DNA of 64,000 bases from Deltaproteobacteria bacterium (GCA_029262535.1 JAJCZF010000083.1:37094-101093), one strand, 5' to 3'; positions 28,243 through 36,892 are shown, numbered from the stretch's first letter. Made by a program: numbers and translations. The notes: generated by a model not told the origin, from the letters alone.

Positions 28243-30978
28243 ATGCTCGATGGCTATGGAAAAGAAAGGCTCGCCCTCTTCGGCCCTCTTCTACGGAAGC
28301 GACCGCTGCTTCTAAGCGGTAACCCGTGGACGGTGGAGCCGGCAAAGTTTCGCTTTAAGCTCGGCGAGACATTTGCCGAACTAAAGGTCCCCTACCACCT
28401 TGGCAAAGAGGACGAGCAGTGTATCGAACGCGCCATACAGGGCCTATTAGGCCTTCTCAAGGAACGCCACGAAAAGGCCGTCGGCGCGTCCATGCTCGAC
28501 CAGCAAGACGACCAGCAGCCAGACTTCCAGAAGAAGCCGACACTCTCCTTAAAAGGACCCGGCGCAAAGACCGAATCCGAAAACGAGCCGCTGCCGGAGC
28601 GCACCTATCGCACCAATATCTTTCCCGAAGGTTCCGCGGAGAAGTTGCTCGTTACGAAGATGATCACGACGACCCCGCTCATCGATACTTCCATACTTAA
28701 GATCTGGCTCGACCCTAACGGCTCCGGCAAGAAGTTCTTCGACTGGGTTTTGAAGCTGATGGAAAAGGCCCTTGTCGAAGAGGCCACACACGGCGAAGGA
28801 GAGATGACGGCCTATCTCGCGCTCATGGCCATACTGAACTCGATCAAGAAAAAGAAGGAGTGCATAAAGGGCTTTTGGATAAAGGGTGTTTCATACGAAC
28901 GTCTTGACATATCAACCGGTTACGCCCTGCACCAGACCGTAAAGACAGCCATAGAGACCTTATTTACGCAGATCAAGGCGCAAAGCGGCATAAAGACCGC
29001 CCCGGCAACCGAGACCCTCTTAAAGTCAGCCATCGCGCCCCATGCCTTTCTCCTCATTCCATCCAACCTGCTATCGAGTTCGCTCAATCCATACTGGCTT
29101 AGAAACGATGTCTCCGAGATCCTCTCGCCCATTCTCGGAGAAGTAACAAGCTGGCCGGACGACCTCAAAGCCCTTAATAGAAAAGTTTCCGACGCGGTTA
29201 ATTCGAATGCGGAGTTACGCGACAGACTCGAATCGATGTACTTCGCAAACGGACTGCGCGAACGCATAATAGAATACCTCATGGAGTTCGATGTAACGGG
29301 AGGGGCCGACTACACGACCTTCTACAACCTCTATAAAGAAGACCGCCAGAGACACCTCAAGGACGGACGCGCCATTACCTCGCTGATGGATCAGGTCAAT
29401 ACACTACTTAAGAGGTTCGAGCGCGACCCGAAGAGAACGGAGAAGCTCAAAGAGCTTCTATCCTTTATAAACTCTTTAAAGGGCTGCCTGGTAGAAAAAA
29501 AAGTAGATAGCAGTCGGTTTATAGAGGCATCTATTCCGCGAATCGTTGAGAGTTTCATAACCCTAAAGCTCGACGCTCATGTAGATCGTTTTGTAAACGC
29601 GTCGAGTGGTACTATGCTCGACCGCCGACTCAAGTACTCGGCCGACCTGCTCGTGGACGAGTTCAAAAACGGTCGCCTTTATCGCTTTGCCACCGACTCG
29701 CGTCCCATACTAAAGGCCCTTGCCATCGAAAAAGAGGGTCAGCTCATGGTGGACATGAAGGACTTTACAAAAAAGACTCTCAAGTTCAAAGAGATCGCAA
29801 TGTCCGAGTTTATGAAGGACCATTACTACGACCCCATTCTCGTCGCCGCGAAAAAGTTCAGCGCCGCGGCCGGCCTGCACGGGGGCGGTCAGGGCATCAC
29901 CTTAAAGAACCTGCCGGGCGACGCCGCCATATTCTCAGGCGGCACGACCAACCTCATTGAACTCGCAAAAGAGATTCGTCTCATCACGCGACGCTACCGT
30001 GAAGAGATCAAGAAAAAGTTCGTGCCCATGCTCGATAAACATATAGAGAACTTTCGCAAAAAATACCAGGTAGAAAAAGACCGCCAATCAAAAGACGCGC
30101 CCGACCTCGAAGAAAGTCTCATCGCGCTCTCGGACGAGGAGGATCTCATCACCTCGGTTTCGCGCGACGAGCTTGAGGCCGATATCACCGAAGACCTTGA
30201 GTGCGGCCTCTTTATCTCATACGGCACAAAGGCCGAGACGATGATCATCGACGCCAAGGAAGGTTTCTCAAACGATATTAAGGTCGCAATCGGAGAAAAA
30301 ATTAATGAAGCCGCGCGCGGCACGGCGCGTAACGCGGCAATCTTCGCCAAGATCGAAAACCGTTACGAACGCGAACGCGCGGCACGAAGGACAAAGGAAC
30401 TCAAATATCCCTTCGATGTATATATCGACAAGATCTATACCATAAAGATACCGCTAGGGCTTGAAGAGTCGGTTGAAGAAGAGATCGACGACCGCGCAAA
30501 GGCCGACCACTCAGACATAGTGCGCACCGTTAGCGAAGAATACCAGAACGACCTTGAGAAATTACGTCTCGGCATGCCGGTATCTTCTTTAAAGGTGCTC
30601 GACGTCACCACCGATATATACAACCGCGGCGAGGCCATAAGCCATGATGCCTTTAACGCATATATGATCGAGACCAAGGCCCGCAAGATCTATTTTAAGA
30701 AAAATATAATGGCCAAGGAACTGCACGAATCGATAAGAGAGAACTACTTCCTGCCGAGCGATACCATAGAGTTATGGATCGGAGCCGAACTAAAAGAAGG
30801 CTCGCGCCAGATAGAGATATTCCACCGCGCCGGCGAGATATCCTTCAAAGGCTTCGAGGCCTCCCCCCCGACCGTAGTATATGAGATACTGGACCCCGAA
30901 GGCGACTTCTTCAAAGACCTCATAAAACACCACTACACCGCGTGGATCGAAGACGCCAGGAGAGAGCAGGGGCACTAA
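28243..30978 (+). CDS. Large orphan protein with central class III nucleotidyl-cyclase-like motifs
   Basis: 911-aa uninterrupted ORF with no SD. Motifs LMVDMKDFT (aa 501-509), LPGDAAIF (aa 557-564), GLFISYG and VAIGEKINEAAR (aa 681-692) follow the order and spacing of cyclase-homology-domain signatures. The rest is unrecognised. Confidence 0.6.
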   Translation: MLDGYGKERLALFGPLLRKRPLLLSGNPWTVEPAKFRFKLGETFAELKVPYHLGKEDEQCIERAIQGLLGLLKERHEKAVGASMLDQQDDQQPDFQKKPTLSLKGPGAKTESENEPLPERTYRTNIFPEGSAEKLLVTKMITTTPLIDTSILKIWLDPNGSGKKFFDWVLKLMEKALVEEATHGEGEMTAYLALMAILNSIKKKKECIKGFWIKGVSYERLDISTGYALHQTVKTAIETLFTQIKAQSGIKTAPATETLLKSAIAPHAFLLIPSNLLSSSLNPYWLRNDVSEILSPILGEVTSWPDDLKALNRKVSDAVNSNAELRDRLESMYFANGLRERIIEYLMEFDVTGGADYTTFYNLYKEDRQRHLKDGRAITSLMDQVNTLLKRFERDPKRTEKLKELLSFINSLKGCLVEKKVDSSRFIEASIPRIVESFITLKLDAHVDRFVNASSGTMLDRRLKYSADLLVDEFKNGRLYRFATDSRPILKALAIEKEGQLMVDMKDFTKKTLKFKEIAMSEFMKDHYYDPILVAAKKFSAAAGLHGGGQGITLKNLPGDAAIFSGGTTNLIELAKEIRLITRRYREEIKKKFVPMLDKHIENFRKKYQVEKDRQSKDAPDLEESLIALSDEEDLITSVSRDELEADITEDLECGLFISYGTKAETMIIDAKEGFSNDIKVAIGEKINEAARGTARNAAIFAKIENRYERERAARRTKELKYPFDVYIDKIYTIKIPLGLEESVEEEIDDRAKADHSDIVRTVSEEYQNDLEKLRLGMPVSSLKVLDVTTDIYNRGEAISHDAFNAYMIETKARKIYFKKNIMAKELHESIRENYFLPSDTIELWIGAELKEGSRQIEIFHRAGEISFKGFEASPPTVVYEILDPEGDFFKDLIKHHYTAWIEDARREQGH

Positions 30979-31121
30979 GTTTTATTAGCACTCGCCCTGC
31001 GGCCTGACGGACATGCCACCATACCCTAAAGAATCAAAGCATCCTTGACCACCAAAAGAACGTTGGTCTCCCCTTCGACACCTTAATGTATTTTTTTCTT
31101 TTTCATTTTTAATATTATGAG

Positions 31122-31138
31122 TGTGTGCTACGCACACA
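31122..31138. repeat. Palindrome related to REP core (inverted order)
   Basis: TGTGTGC-tac-GCACACA. Confidence 0.5.
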
Positions 31139-31213
31139 ACTTCCTTAATGTGGCCCTCTAAAATATTTTCCGACTACTTCCATATTCACGTTGTGCAGAC
31201 ATCTAGCTATTAA

Positions 31214-31718
31214 CCGGGCTTCGCCGTAGTAAGGTTTTACAGATACGCCTGTTTTCTCTTGCCGTTTACCGGCGCTTTGTGAGGGGGTTACGCTCTCTGT
31301 TCCGTCGCAAAAGACCGCTCCTCCTTTTAAGGTCCGCTACACCCCCTCACGGGGTTGTTTTTTTCTGTAAGGATGAAGTCAATTATATAGAAGAAGATGC
31401 ACGATGCATTGGCTCCGCCCTCCTCCCTCACGTCCCGCGCCATTCCCCAGCGGTCGCTGGTCTCTTAGCCGGACACTGGTTAATTAAGATATTAGTGACA
31501 CTAAGCTTTGCGCCCCTAAAAAAGAAGCGCATAAAATCGGACCTGTCCGGCGCACCGCTCCTATTGAAACGGTCGGGATGCTCATAAACGCAAATGGCAC
31601 GCAACGCGGCACACAGGTGTGCTTTTATTTCGCGCAGAAGTTATATCGTAGACGGCTGGTTAGGCGTAACGCGACGAAATATCCTCCTTCTTCCTCAAGG
31701 TAAAAAGCATTTTAAAAA
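31214..31718 (+). repeat. Non-coding element, copy A (~505 nt, includes a 104-nt insertion and a REP unit)
   Basis: Aligns by eye block-for-block with 62829-63226. Shared blocks include ccgggcttcgccgt, gttacgctctctg.ttccgtcgcaaaag, a C-rich terminator hairpin, tgtaaggatga, atgcacgatgcattggctccgccctc, caccgctcctattg.aacggtcgggatgctca, a REP-like palindrome and cttcctcaaggt. Confidence 0.8.
31339..31365 (+). terminator. Terminator-like hairpin inside element copy A
   Basis: ACACCCCCTCACGGGGTTGT followed by T7. Confidence 0.5.
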
Positions 31719-31815
31719 AAAGCCGGTTCAAGGTTGTACCTTGAACCGGAACGTTAAAAGAGTATAGCGGTAAAGCATTTATTCTGAAGCATGGAGAAAT
31801 TGGAAACAACCGTTG

Positions 31816-31902
31816 TCATTCTGAGCAAAGCGAAGAATCTCAGGCTTACGAGTAATGCTATAGCTTGACAACCTGAGACCCTTCGCTTCGCTCAGGGTGA
31901 CA
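31816..31902. repeat. Long imperfect inverted repeat
   Basis: gtcattctgagcaaagcgaagaatctcagg ... cctgagacccttcgcttcgctcagggtgac. The arms are about 30 nt with a loop of about 27 nt. Confidence 0.7.
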
Positions 31903-31904
31903 AT

Positions 31905-31940
31905 TGTTAGGTTTCACTACGCTCTACCCAACCTACGAGG
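31905..31940. repeat. GTTGGGT/ACCCAACCTAC-family repeat
   Basis: ttgttaggtttcactacgctctacccaacctacgagg. Confidence 0.6.
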
Positions 31941-32023
31941 ACTAGTTTTTCATTGAAGTTTCTCTCAGAACCCTGACATAGGAACGTTCTGCCCCTATAT
32001 TTAAAGTATAATAATTAAGGAGA

Positions 32024-32251
32024 ATGAAAATGCCATATAATTTAGAAATTGATTGCAAAAAGCCAGGTAAGAATGACTTACCCGGACCTACATAGACTCA
32101 AATCTTCTCAAAAACCTGGACATCAGGCGAAACAGATGGGAGGAGATACATAACCCCGGAGTGTGCATTTCTACCTGAATTTAAATATGAAATTAAACGC
32201 CTAAAAAAGGAGTTAGACGACATATTAAGCAAAGCAAAGAAGCTCTACTAA
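32024..32251 (+). pseudogene. Small ORF interrupted by a single in-frame TAG (probable pseudogene)
   Basis: A TAAGGAGA RBS is followed by ATG at 32024/32030. The frame reads MKMPYNLEIDCKKPGKNDLPGPT-TAG(32093-32095)-TQIFSKTWTSGETDGRRYITPECAFLPEFKYEIKRLKKELDDILSKAKKLY-TAA(32249-32251). Confidence 0.4.
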
Positions 32252-32352
32252 CCGCAGTAGTTTCATATAATCCTACCTCTTCGACTGGCAGGATCAGTAC
32301 ATATTGACTTATCCTCCCCAATCCATTAGAATTTATCTAAGGGAGACTTATT

Positions 32353-32574
32353 ATGACACGAAAGTATACCGCAGTTATTACTCAGGAAGATAGATGGTAC
32401 GTAGCTCATTGCGTTGAGCTTGGGGTTGTTAGCCAGGGGCTAACACTCGAAAAGGCGCAGGCCAATCTTAAGGAAGCGGTTGAGCTATACATGGAAAGCT
32501 TCGACGTTGAAGACATGCCGGCTTCCACAGGCGAAGTACTCCTCTACCCGCTAGAGGTTGCCGCAGGTGGCTAG
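32353..32574 (+). CDS. hicB: HicB-family antitoxin
   Basis: 73 aa. YTAVITQEDRWYVAHCVELGVVSQG.TLEKA..NLKEA fits the HicB/UPF0150 fold signature. GGGAG RBS. It overlaps hicA. Confidence 0.8.
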   Translation: MTRKYTAVITQEDRWYVAHCVELGVVSQGLTLEKAQANLKEAVELYMESFDVEDMPASTGEVLLYPLEVAAGG

Positions 32575-32788
32575 ACTGCCCGTCCTCTCAGGGCAAAAGC
32601 TCGTAAAGGTTCTCATTAAAGAAGGTTTTGCAAAAGTTCGCCAGAAGGGCAGCCATGTCAGCCTCGAAAAAGGCCCTTTCAAAACGGTAGTCCCCTTACA
32701 CGACGAACTAGCCAAAGGAACCCTGATCGCCATACTAAAACAATGCGGCCTTGATAAGGAAGAACTGGAGAGGCTGATTAATCGGTAG
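32558..32788 (+). CDS. hicA: HicA-family mRNA interferase toxin
   Basis: LSGQKLVKVLIKEGFAKVRQKGSHVSL is the HicA signature. The true start may be GTG 32567 rather than TTG 32558. Confidence 0.8.
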   Translation: MPQVARLPVLSGQKLVKVLIKEGFAKVRQKGSHVSLEKGPFKTVVPLHDELAKGTLIAILKQCGLDKEELERLINR

Positions 32789-32790
32789 TC

Positions 32791-33642
32791 CTACAACACC
32801 TCATTCATAGCCCCCGACCTATACCCCTCAAGGTCCAAAGCAACATAAACAAAACCGCACTCTTTAACCCCTTTAACTACCGTCTCCCGCACCGTTTTAT
32901 CCAGGAACTTCTCTATCTCCTCCGCACCGACCTCTATTCGTGCTATGTCTCCGTGAAAGCGGACGCGGAGGTCGCGGAAGCCTAGCTCTCTTAGTAGCTT
33001 TTCGGCGCGGGCGATCTTGTCTACTCTCTCTTCAGTGATGCGGGTTCCGTAGGGGAATCTGGATGAGAGGCAGGCCATCTGCGGTTTGTCCCATGTAGGC
33101 AGACCCATTGAGCGCGATAGCTCACGTATCTCGGCCTTGGTCAGTTCGGCTTCGATTAACGGGCTGCGCACGCCAAGCTCTTTTGCCGCGGCGCTACCGG
33201 GGCGGTAGTCCTTTGTGTCGTCTAGGTTCGAGCCGTCGAGCACGTAGGCCGCGCCAACCTTCGCGGCCTCTTTCAGGCAGAGGGTGAAAAGCTCTTCCTT
33301 GCAATAGAAGCAACGCTTGTCGCTATTTTCCGCAAAGTTCTCTATCAAGAGTTCGTTAGAATCTATTATGATATGGGAGACAGAAAGTGAGGCGGCGAGC
33401 GCCTTTGCGCCTTCGAGTTCGCTTTCGAGGTAGGTCGGGCTTGTGGCGGTCAGGGCCGTAGCGCGTTCGCCCAGAGTATCGGCGGCGACCTTTAATAAAA
33501 AGCTTGAATCGACGCCGCCCGAAAAGGCCACGAGCACACTGCCCATATCTGCGAGTATAGACTTAAGGCTTTCAAGTTTTTTCAGGATTTCCTCAGAGGG
33601 GGTCTCCGTTGCCGTGCCCTCGCCTTTAGCGGCCCCTAACAC
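32791..33642 (-). CDS. larE: LarE-family PP-loop ATP-dependent sulfur transferase
   Basis: 283 aa. PP-loop AFSGGVDSS and the conserved Cys context MACLSSRFPYG. GTG start overlaps the upstream gene by 7 nt. Confidence 0.7.
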   Translation of the reverse strand: MLGAAKGEGTATETPSEEILKKLESLKSILADMGSVLVAFSGGVDSSFLLKVAADTLGERATALTATSPTYLESELEGAKALAASLSVSHIIIDSNELLIENFAENSDKRCFYCKEELFTLCLKEAAKVGAAYVLDGSNLDDTKDYRPGSAAAKELGVRSPLIEAELTKAEIRELSRSMGLPTWDKPQMACLSSRFPYGTRITEERVDKIARAEKLLRELGFRDLRVRFHGDIARIEVGAEEIEKFLDKTVRETVVKGVKECGFVYVALDLEGYRSGAMNEVL

Positions 33643-34661
33643 AGATTGTACTTCTTAAGCTCTTCTTCCGAGACGGTCTCGCTAACTGTAAAGTCGGCCT
33701 CGACGCCGTCGGTCGTGGAGCGGAGCGTGCCGCTCTCGCCGCCCTTTCCGGCTGAGTAACGCAAGAGAAGGCGACCTGCAAAGTCTGCGATGCCATTACC
33801 GGCGACATCATCATGTTGGCATACAATAGCCGACGGCCCGGTAAAGTCGAGCGGCTCGATAAGGCTATCGCCCGGCTGGATAAGTGTGCACAGGCGGTTG
33901 TTTTCAGTCTCGTCTCTGCCGACGACGACCTTTACGTCATTAAAACGGAAGTGGCGGCCCGTCTTTAAGAGCGCGAGATCCTTATTCGATACCTTTTCCT
34001 TATGCTCAAGCAGATCGCGGACCTTCTTTGAAAAGATCTTGTCGGTCAATAAACAACCGCCCGATGGACAGGGATAGTCGTTTAATTCCAGCTCTTCGGC
34101 GAGCGCGATCTGCGGCTTTCTGGAGCGGCCTTCTATGCTAAGCAGTTTCTCCCTGTCTACGAGCCCTTCTTTCTCGGCTATGGTCGGCTCAAGAATTTGT
34201 GCGCAGAGGGGACGAAGTATCAGCCCCTTGAGGCCGCTCTCTTCCTCTACGATGCGCATGGAGCGCGTGAGCTGGCTCATCGGCCTTTGCCCAAGCACCT
34301 CACCCGTTATAACGAATGACGCGCCGATCTCTTCCATATATTTCTTCGCCTCTTTGAACATAAATATACGGCAGTCCACGCAAGGGTTCATGCCCTTGCC
34401 GTGACCGAACTTCGGATTACGCACGAGGTCCATATATTCAGGCCCTTTTACGATCACCTTTATCGGGATGTCGTAATCCTCGGCAACGGCTGCCGCGGCG
34501 CCCTTACATCCCGCTCCGCCTTTATTCTTAGAACCGGCGTTACATGTACAAAAGGCCGAGGTGAAGTTAAGAGCTATCACCTCAATGCCCTGATCTATTA
34601 TCATCTTTACGGCCAGTGTCGAGTCTAGCCCGCCCGACAGAAGCGCTACTGCCTTAGTCAT
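33636..34661 (-). CDS. ThiI-like PP-loop ATP pyrophosphatase without THUMP domain (putative tRNA/cofactor thiolation enzyme)
   Basis: 341 aa. PP-loop LLSGGLDST, CVDCRIFMFK and TGEVLGQRPMSQ resemble the ThiI catalytic module. Extra Cys clusters are present. GGAGGA RBS. Confidence 0.65.
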   Translation of the reverse strand: MTKAVALLSGGLDSTLAVKMIIDQGIEVIALNFTSAFCTCNAGSKNKGGAGCKGAAAAVAEDYDIPIKVIVKGPEYMDLVRNPKFGHGKGMNPCVDCRIFMFKEAKKYMEEIGASFVITGEVLGQRPMSQLTRSMRIVEEESGLKGLILRPLCAQILEPTIAEKEGLVDREKLLSIEGRSRKPQIALAEELELNDYPCPSGGCLLTDKIFSKKVRDLLEHKEKVSNKDLALLKTGRHFRFNDVKVVVGRDETENNRLCTLIQPGDSLIEPLDFTGPSAIVCQHDDVAGNGIADFAGRLLLRYSAGKGGESGTLRSTTDGVEADFTVSETVSEEELKKYNLC

Positions 34662-34882
34662 CTACTCATTCCTCCAAAAATATTAGATTATCTAATTTAT
34701 TATTATACTTCGTTCGATGCTATAAATCAATAAAGCAGAGCGGTTGACAGTACCGATTTGCTCGTTCAAGCCTTCCACCGTCGCCTGAGCTAAAGATTAA
34801 GAGTGATAGAAGCCCGCCTTTTCTGTATAATATAAAGATAGGTTTACCCATGACATATTAACCACCCGGAACGGACTTTCTT

Positions 34883-35752
34883 ATGTACGAAGAAGATATT
34901 ATAAATGAGCAAAAAACAAAGATGCTGCTTCCCCTCGTTCTCTTTATCCTTACGATAGGCACGACAATGGCCTCCGGCGCGCTCTTTGAGGGGGTGAACC
35001 CTCTTAAGAACCCGTATGGAATAGTAAAGGGCATACCATTTTCCGTTGCGCTGCTCTTGATACTCGGCCTGCACGAACTAGGCCACTACTTCGCCTCGCG
35101 CATTAACGGCGTGGCAACTACACTGCCCAACTTTATCCCCGGCCCCCCTCTACCGCCGATGGTCGGGACATTCGGCGCGATCATAAAGATAAAATCTCCG
35201 ATAACGACCAAAAAAGCGCTTGTTCAGATAGGCGCGTCCGGCCCTCTGGCCGGTTTTATCGTCGCCCTGGCCGTAACGATCATCGGCCTCAGGCTTTCGT
35301 GGTATATACCGAACTTTCCGACATATACGACACTCGTTCCGGGCGACTCCATACTATTTAAAGTACTCAGAGAACTCTTTCTCGGCCCCCGCCCGGCCGG
35401 TCATATCCTCTTTGTGCACCCGGTGCTCTACGCCGGCTGGTTCGGGCTACTCTTAACATGTCTGAATCTCTTGCCGGTGGGACAGCTCGACGGCGGACAT
35501 ATCCTCTATGCTCTTAACAGCAGAAACCACCACATTGTATCTATATGCTGCGTTCTTTTTCTCTTTGTCATGGGTTTTTTTACATGGTACGGATGGATAT
35601 TCTGGGCCGTTCTTGTATCTATAATAGGGCTTCGCCACCCGCCGACGATGGACGCCCATATACCGCTCGACAGGAGCGCGTCGCTTACGGCTCTGGCCTC
35701 GCTCGTGGTATTTATATTGACTTTTACCCCCACGCCGTTCTATATTAATTGA
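34883..35752 (+). CDS. Site-2 protease family (M50) membrane metalloprotease
   Basis: 289 aa. HELGHY zinc motif and NLLPVGQLDGGH second motif, with multiple TM helices. Confidence 0.8.
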   Translation: MYEEDIINEQKTKMLLPLVLFILTIGTTMASGALFEGVNPLKNPYGIVKGIPFSVALLLILGLHELGHYFASRINGVATTLPNFIPGPPLPPMVGTFGAIIKIKSPITTKKALVQIGASGPLAGFIVALAVTIIGLRLSWYIPNFPTYTTLVPGDSILFKVLRELFLGPRPAGHILFVHPVLYAGWFGLLLTCLNLLPVGQLDGGHILYALNSRNHHIVSICCVLFLFVMGFFTWYGWIFWAVLVSIIGLRHPPTMDAHIPLDRSASLTALASLVVFILTFTPTPFYIN

Positions 35753-35756
35753 TATT

Positions 35757-35990
35757 ATGAAGACATTTAATGAAGACGAACTAAGAGAATTCGACGGCAG
35801 CGACCCGGAAAAGCCGGTCTATATCGCCTTTAACGGCAAGGTTTACGACGTGAGCGATCACCCGCTCTTCATAGACGGCCTGCACTTTGAGCACTCGGCC
35901 GGCATGGATCTTACCGAAGATATGGACGACGCTCCTCACACCGACGAGGTAATGGGCGAACTTACCGTGGTCGGGGACTACTCGGACTGA
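35757..35990 (+). CDS. Cytochrome b5-like haem/steroid-binding domain protein
   Basis: 77 aa. FNEDELREFDGSDPEKPVYIAFNGKVYDVS...H..GMDLT matches the family pattern. Confidence 0.65.
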   Translation: MKTFNEDELREFDGSDPEKPVYIAFNGKVYDVSDHPLFIDGLHFEHSAGMDLTEDMDDAPHTDEVMGELTVVGDYSD

Positions 35991-35998
35991 CAATAGCT

Positions 35999-36796
35999 AT
36001 GAGACTCACCTTCCTTGGCTGCGGCACTTCAACCGGTGTTCCGGTTATAGGATGTGACTGCCCTGTTTGTACCTCTACCGACCCTAAGAACGCGCGCACG
36101 CGCAGTTCCCTGCTCGTATCGATAGATTCTAAAGATCCCAGTCGTAATATCCCGCGTAATATTCTAATAGACACATCACCCGACTTTCGCACGCAGGCCA
36201 TCAGAGAAGGGTTGCGCCGCGTGGATGCCGTCCTATATACCCACTATCACGCAGACCACGTGCACGGCATAGACGACCTGCGTAGCTTCAACCGTATTCA
36301 AAACGAAGAGCCTATACCGTGTTACGGCACGACCGAGACCATGGACTCCATCACCTCCGCATTCGCTTATATATTCAGCACACCCGGAGCGAGAAACCAA
36401 CAACTCGGATGGAAACCCAACCTCACGGCAAATACCTTTGACTGCCCATTTGAGCTATTCGGTACGGATATAATCCCGGTTGAGATAAAACACGGACGCG
36501 CTACCGTCACGGGCTTTCGTATCGGTAATGGAGCATATCTCACCGACTGTAGCTCCATACCGGACGAATCTAAAGAGCTGCTTCACGGCCTCGACCTGCT
36601 CATACTAGGCGCCCTACGCAATAACCCGCACCCGGCCCACCTCTCCATACCCGAGGCCGTGGAGATCTCTGGGGAATTAAAGCCCAAACGAACTATACTT
36701 ACCCACATCGGACACAGTGTGGACAGCGCCAATCAAAGCCCTGTGCTACCGGAGGGCGTAGAGTACGCTTACGACGGACTTTCAATCGAACTCTAA
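35999..36796 (+). CDS. MBL-fold metallo-hydrolase (PhnP-like)
   Basis: 265 aa. N-terminal CxxC pair and HYHADHVHG (HxHxDH) motif. Confidence 0.8.
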   Translation: MRLTFLGCGTSTGVPVIGCDCPVCTSTDPKNARTRSSLLVSIDSKDPSRNIPRNILIDTSPDFRTQAIREGLRRVDAVLYTHYHADHVHGIDDLRSFNRIQNEEPIPCYGTTETMDSITSAFAYIFSTPGARNQQLGWKPNLTANTFDCPFELFGTDIIPVEIKHGRATVTGFRIGNGAYLTDCSSIPDESKELLHGLDLLILGALRNNPHPAHLSIPEAVEISGELKPKRTILTHIGHSVDSANQSPVLPEGVEYAYDGLSIEL

Positions 36797-36892
36797 CTAA
36801 GCGTTGATCCATTCGTGAAGTCAGAGCTTCCCTAACTAATCACTTGCCTATATTTTCATAGACTGATAAAATGCCTATAAATTAGGCAAAAT

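Noticed and set aside
31279-31587. 102-aa ORF across element copy A, and 115/114-aa minus-strand ORFs (62772-63119, 62935-63279) across copy B
   Set aside because: The two copies would be read on opposite strands and in different frames, and the 104-nt indel breaks any common frame. There are no RBSs, so the element is treated as non-coding.
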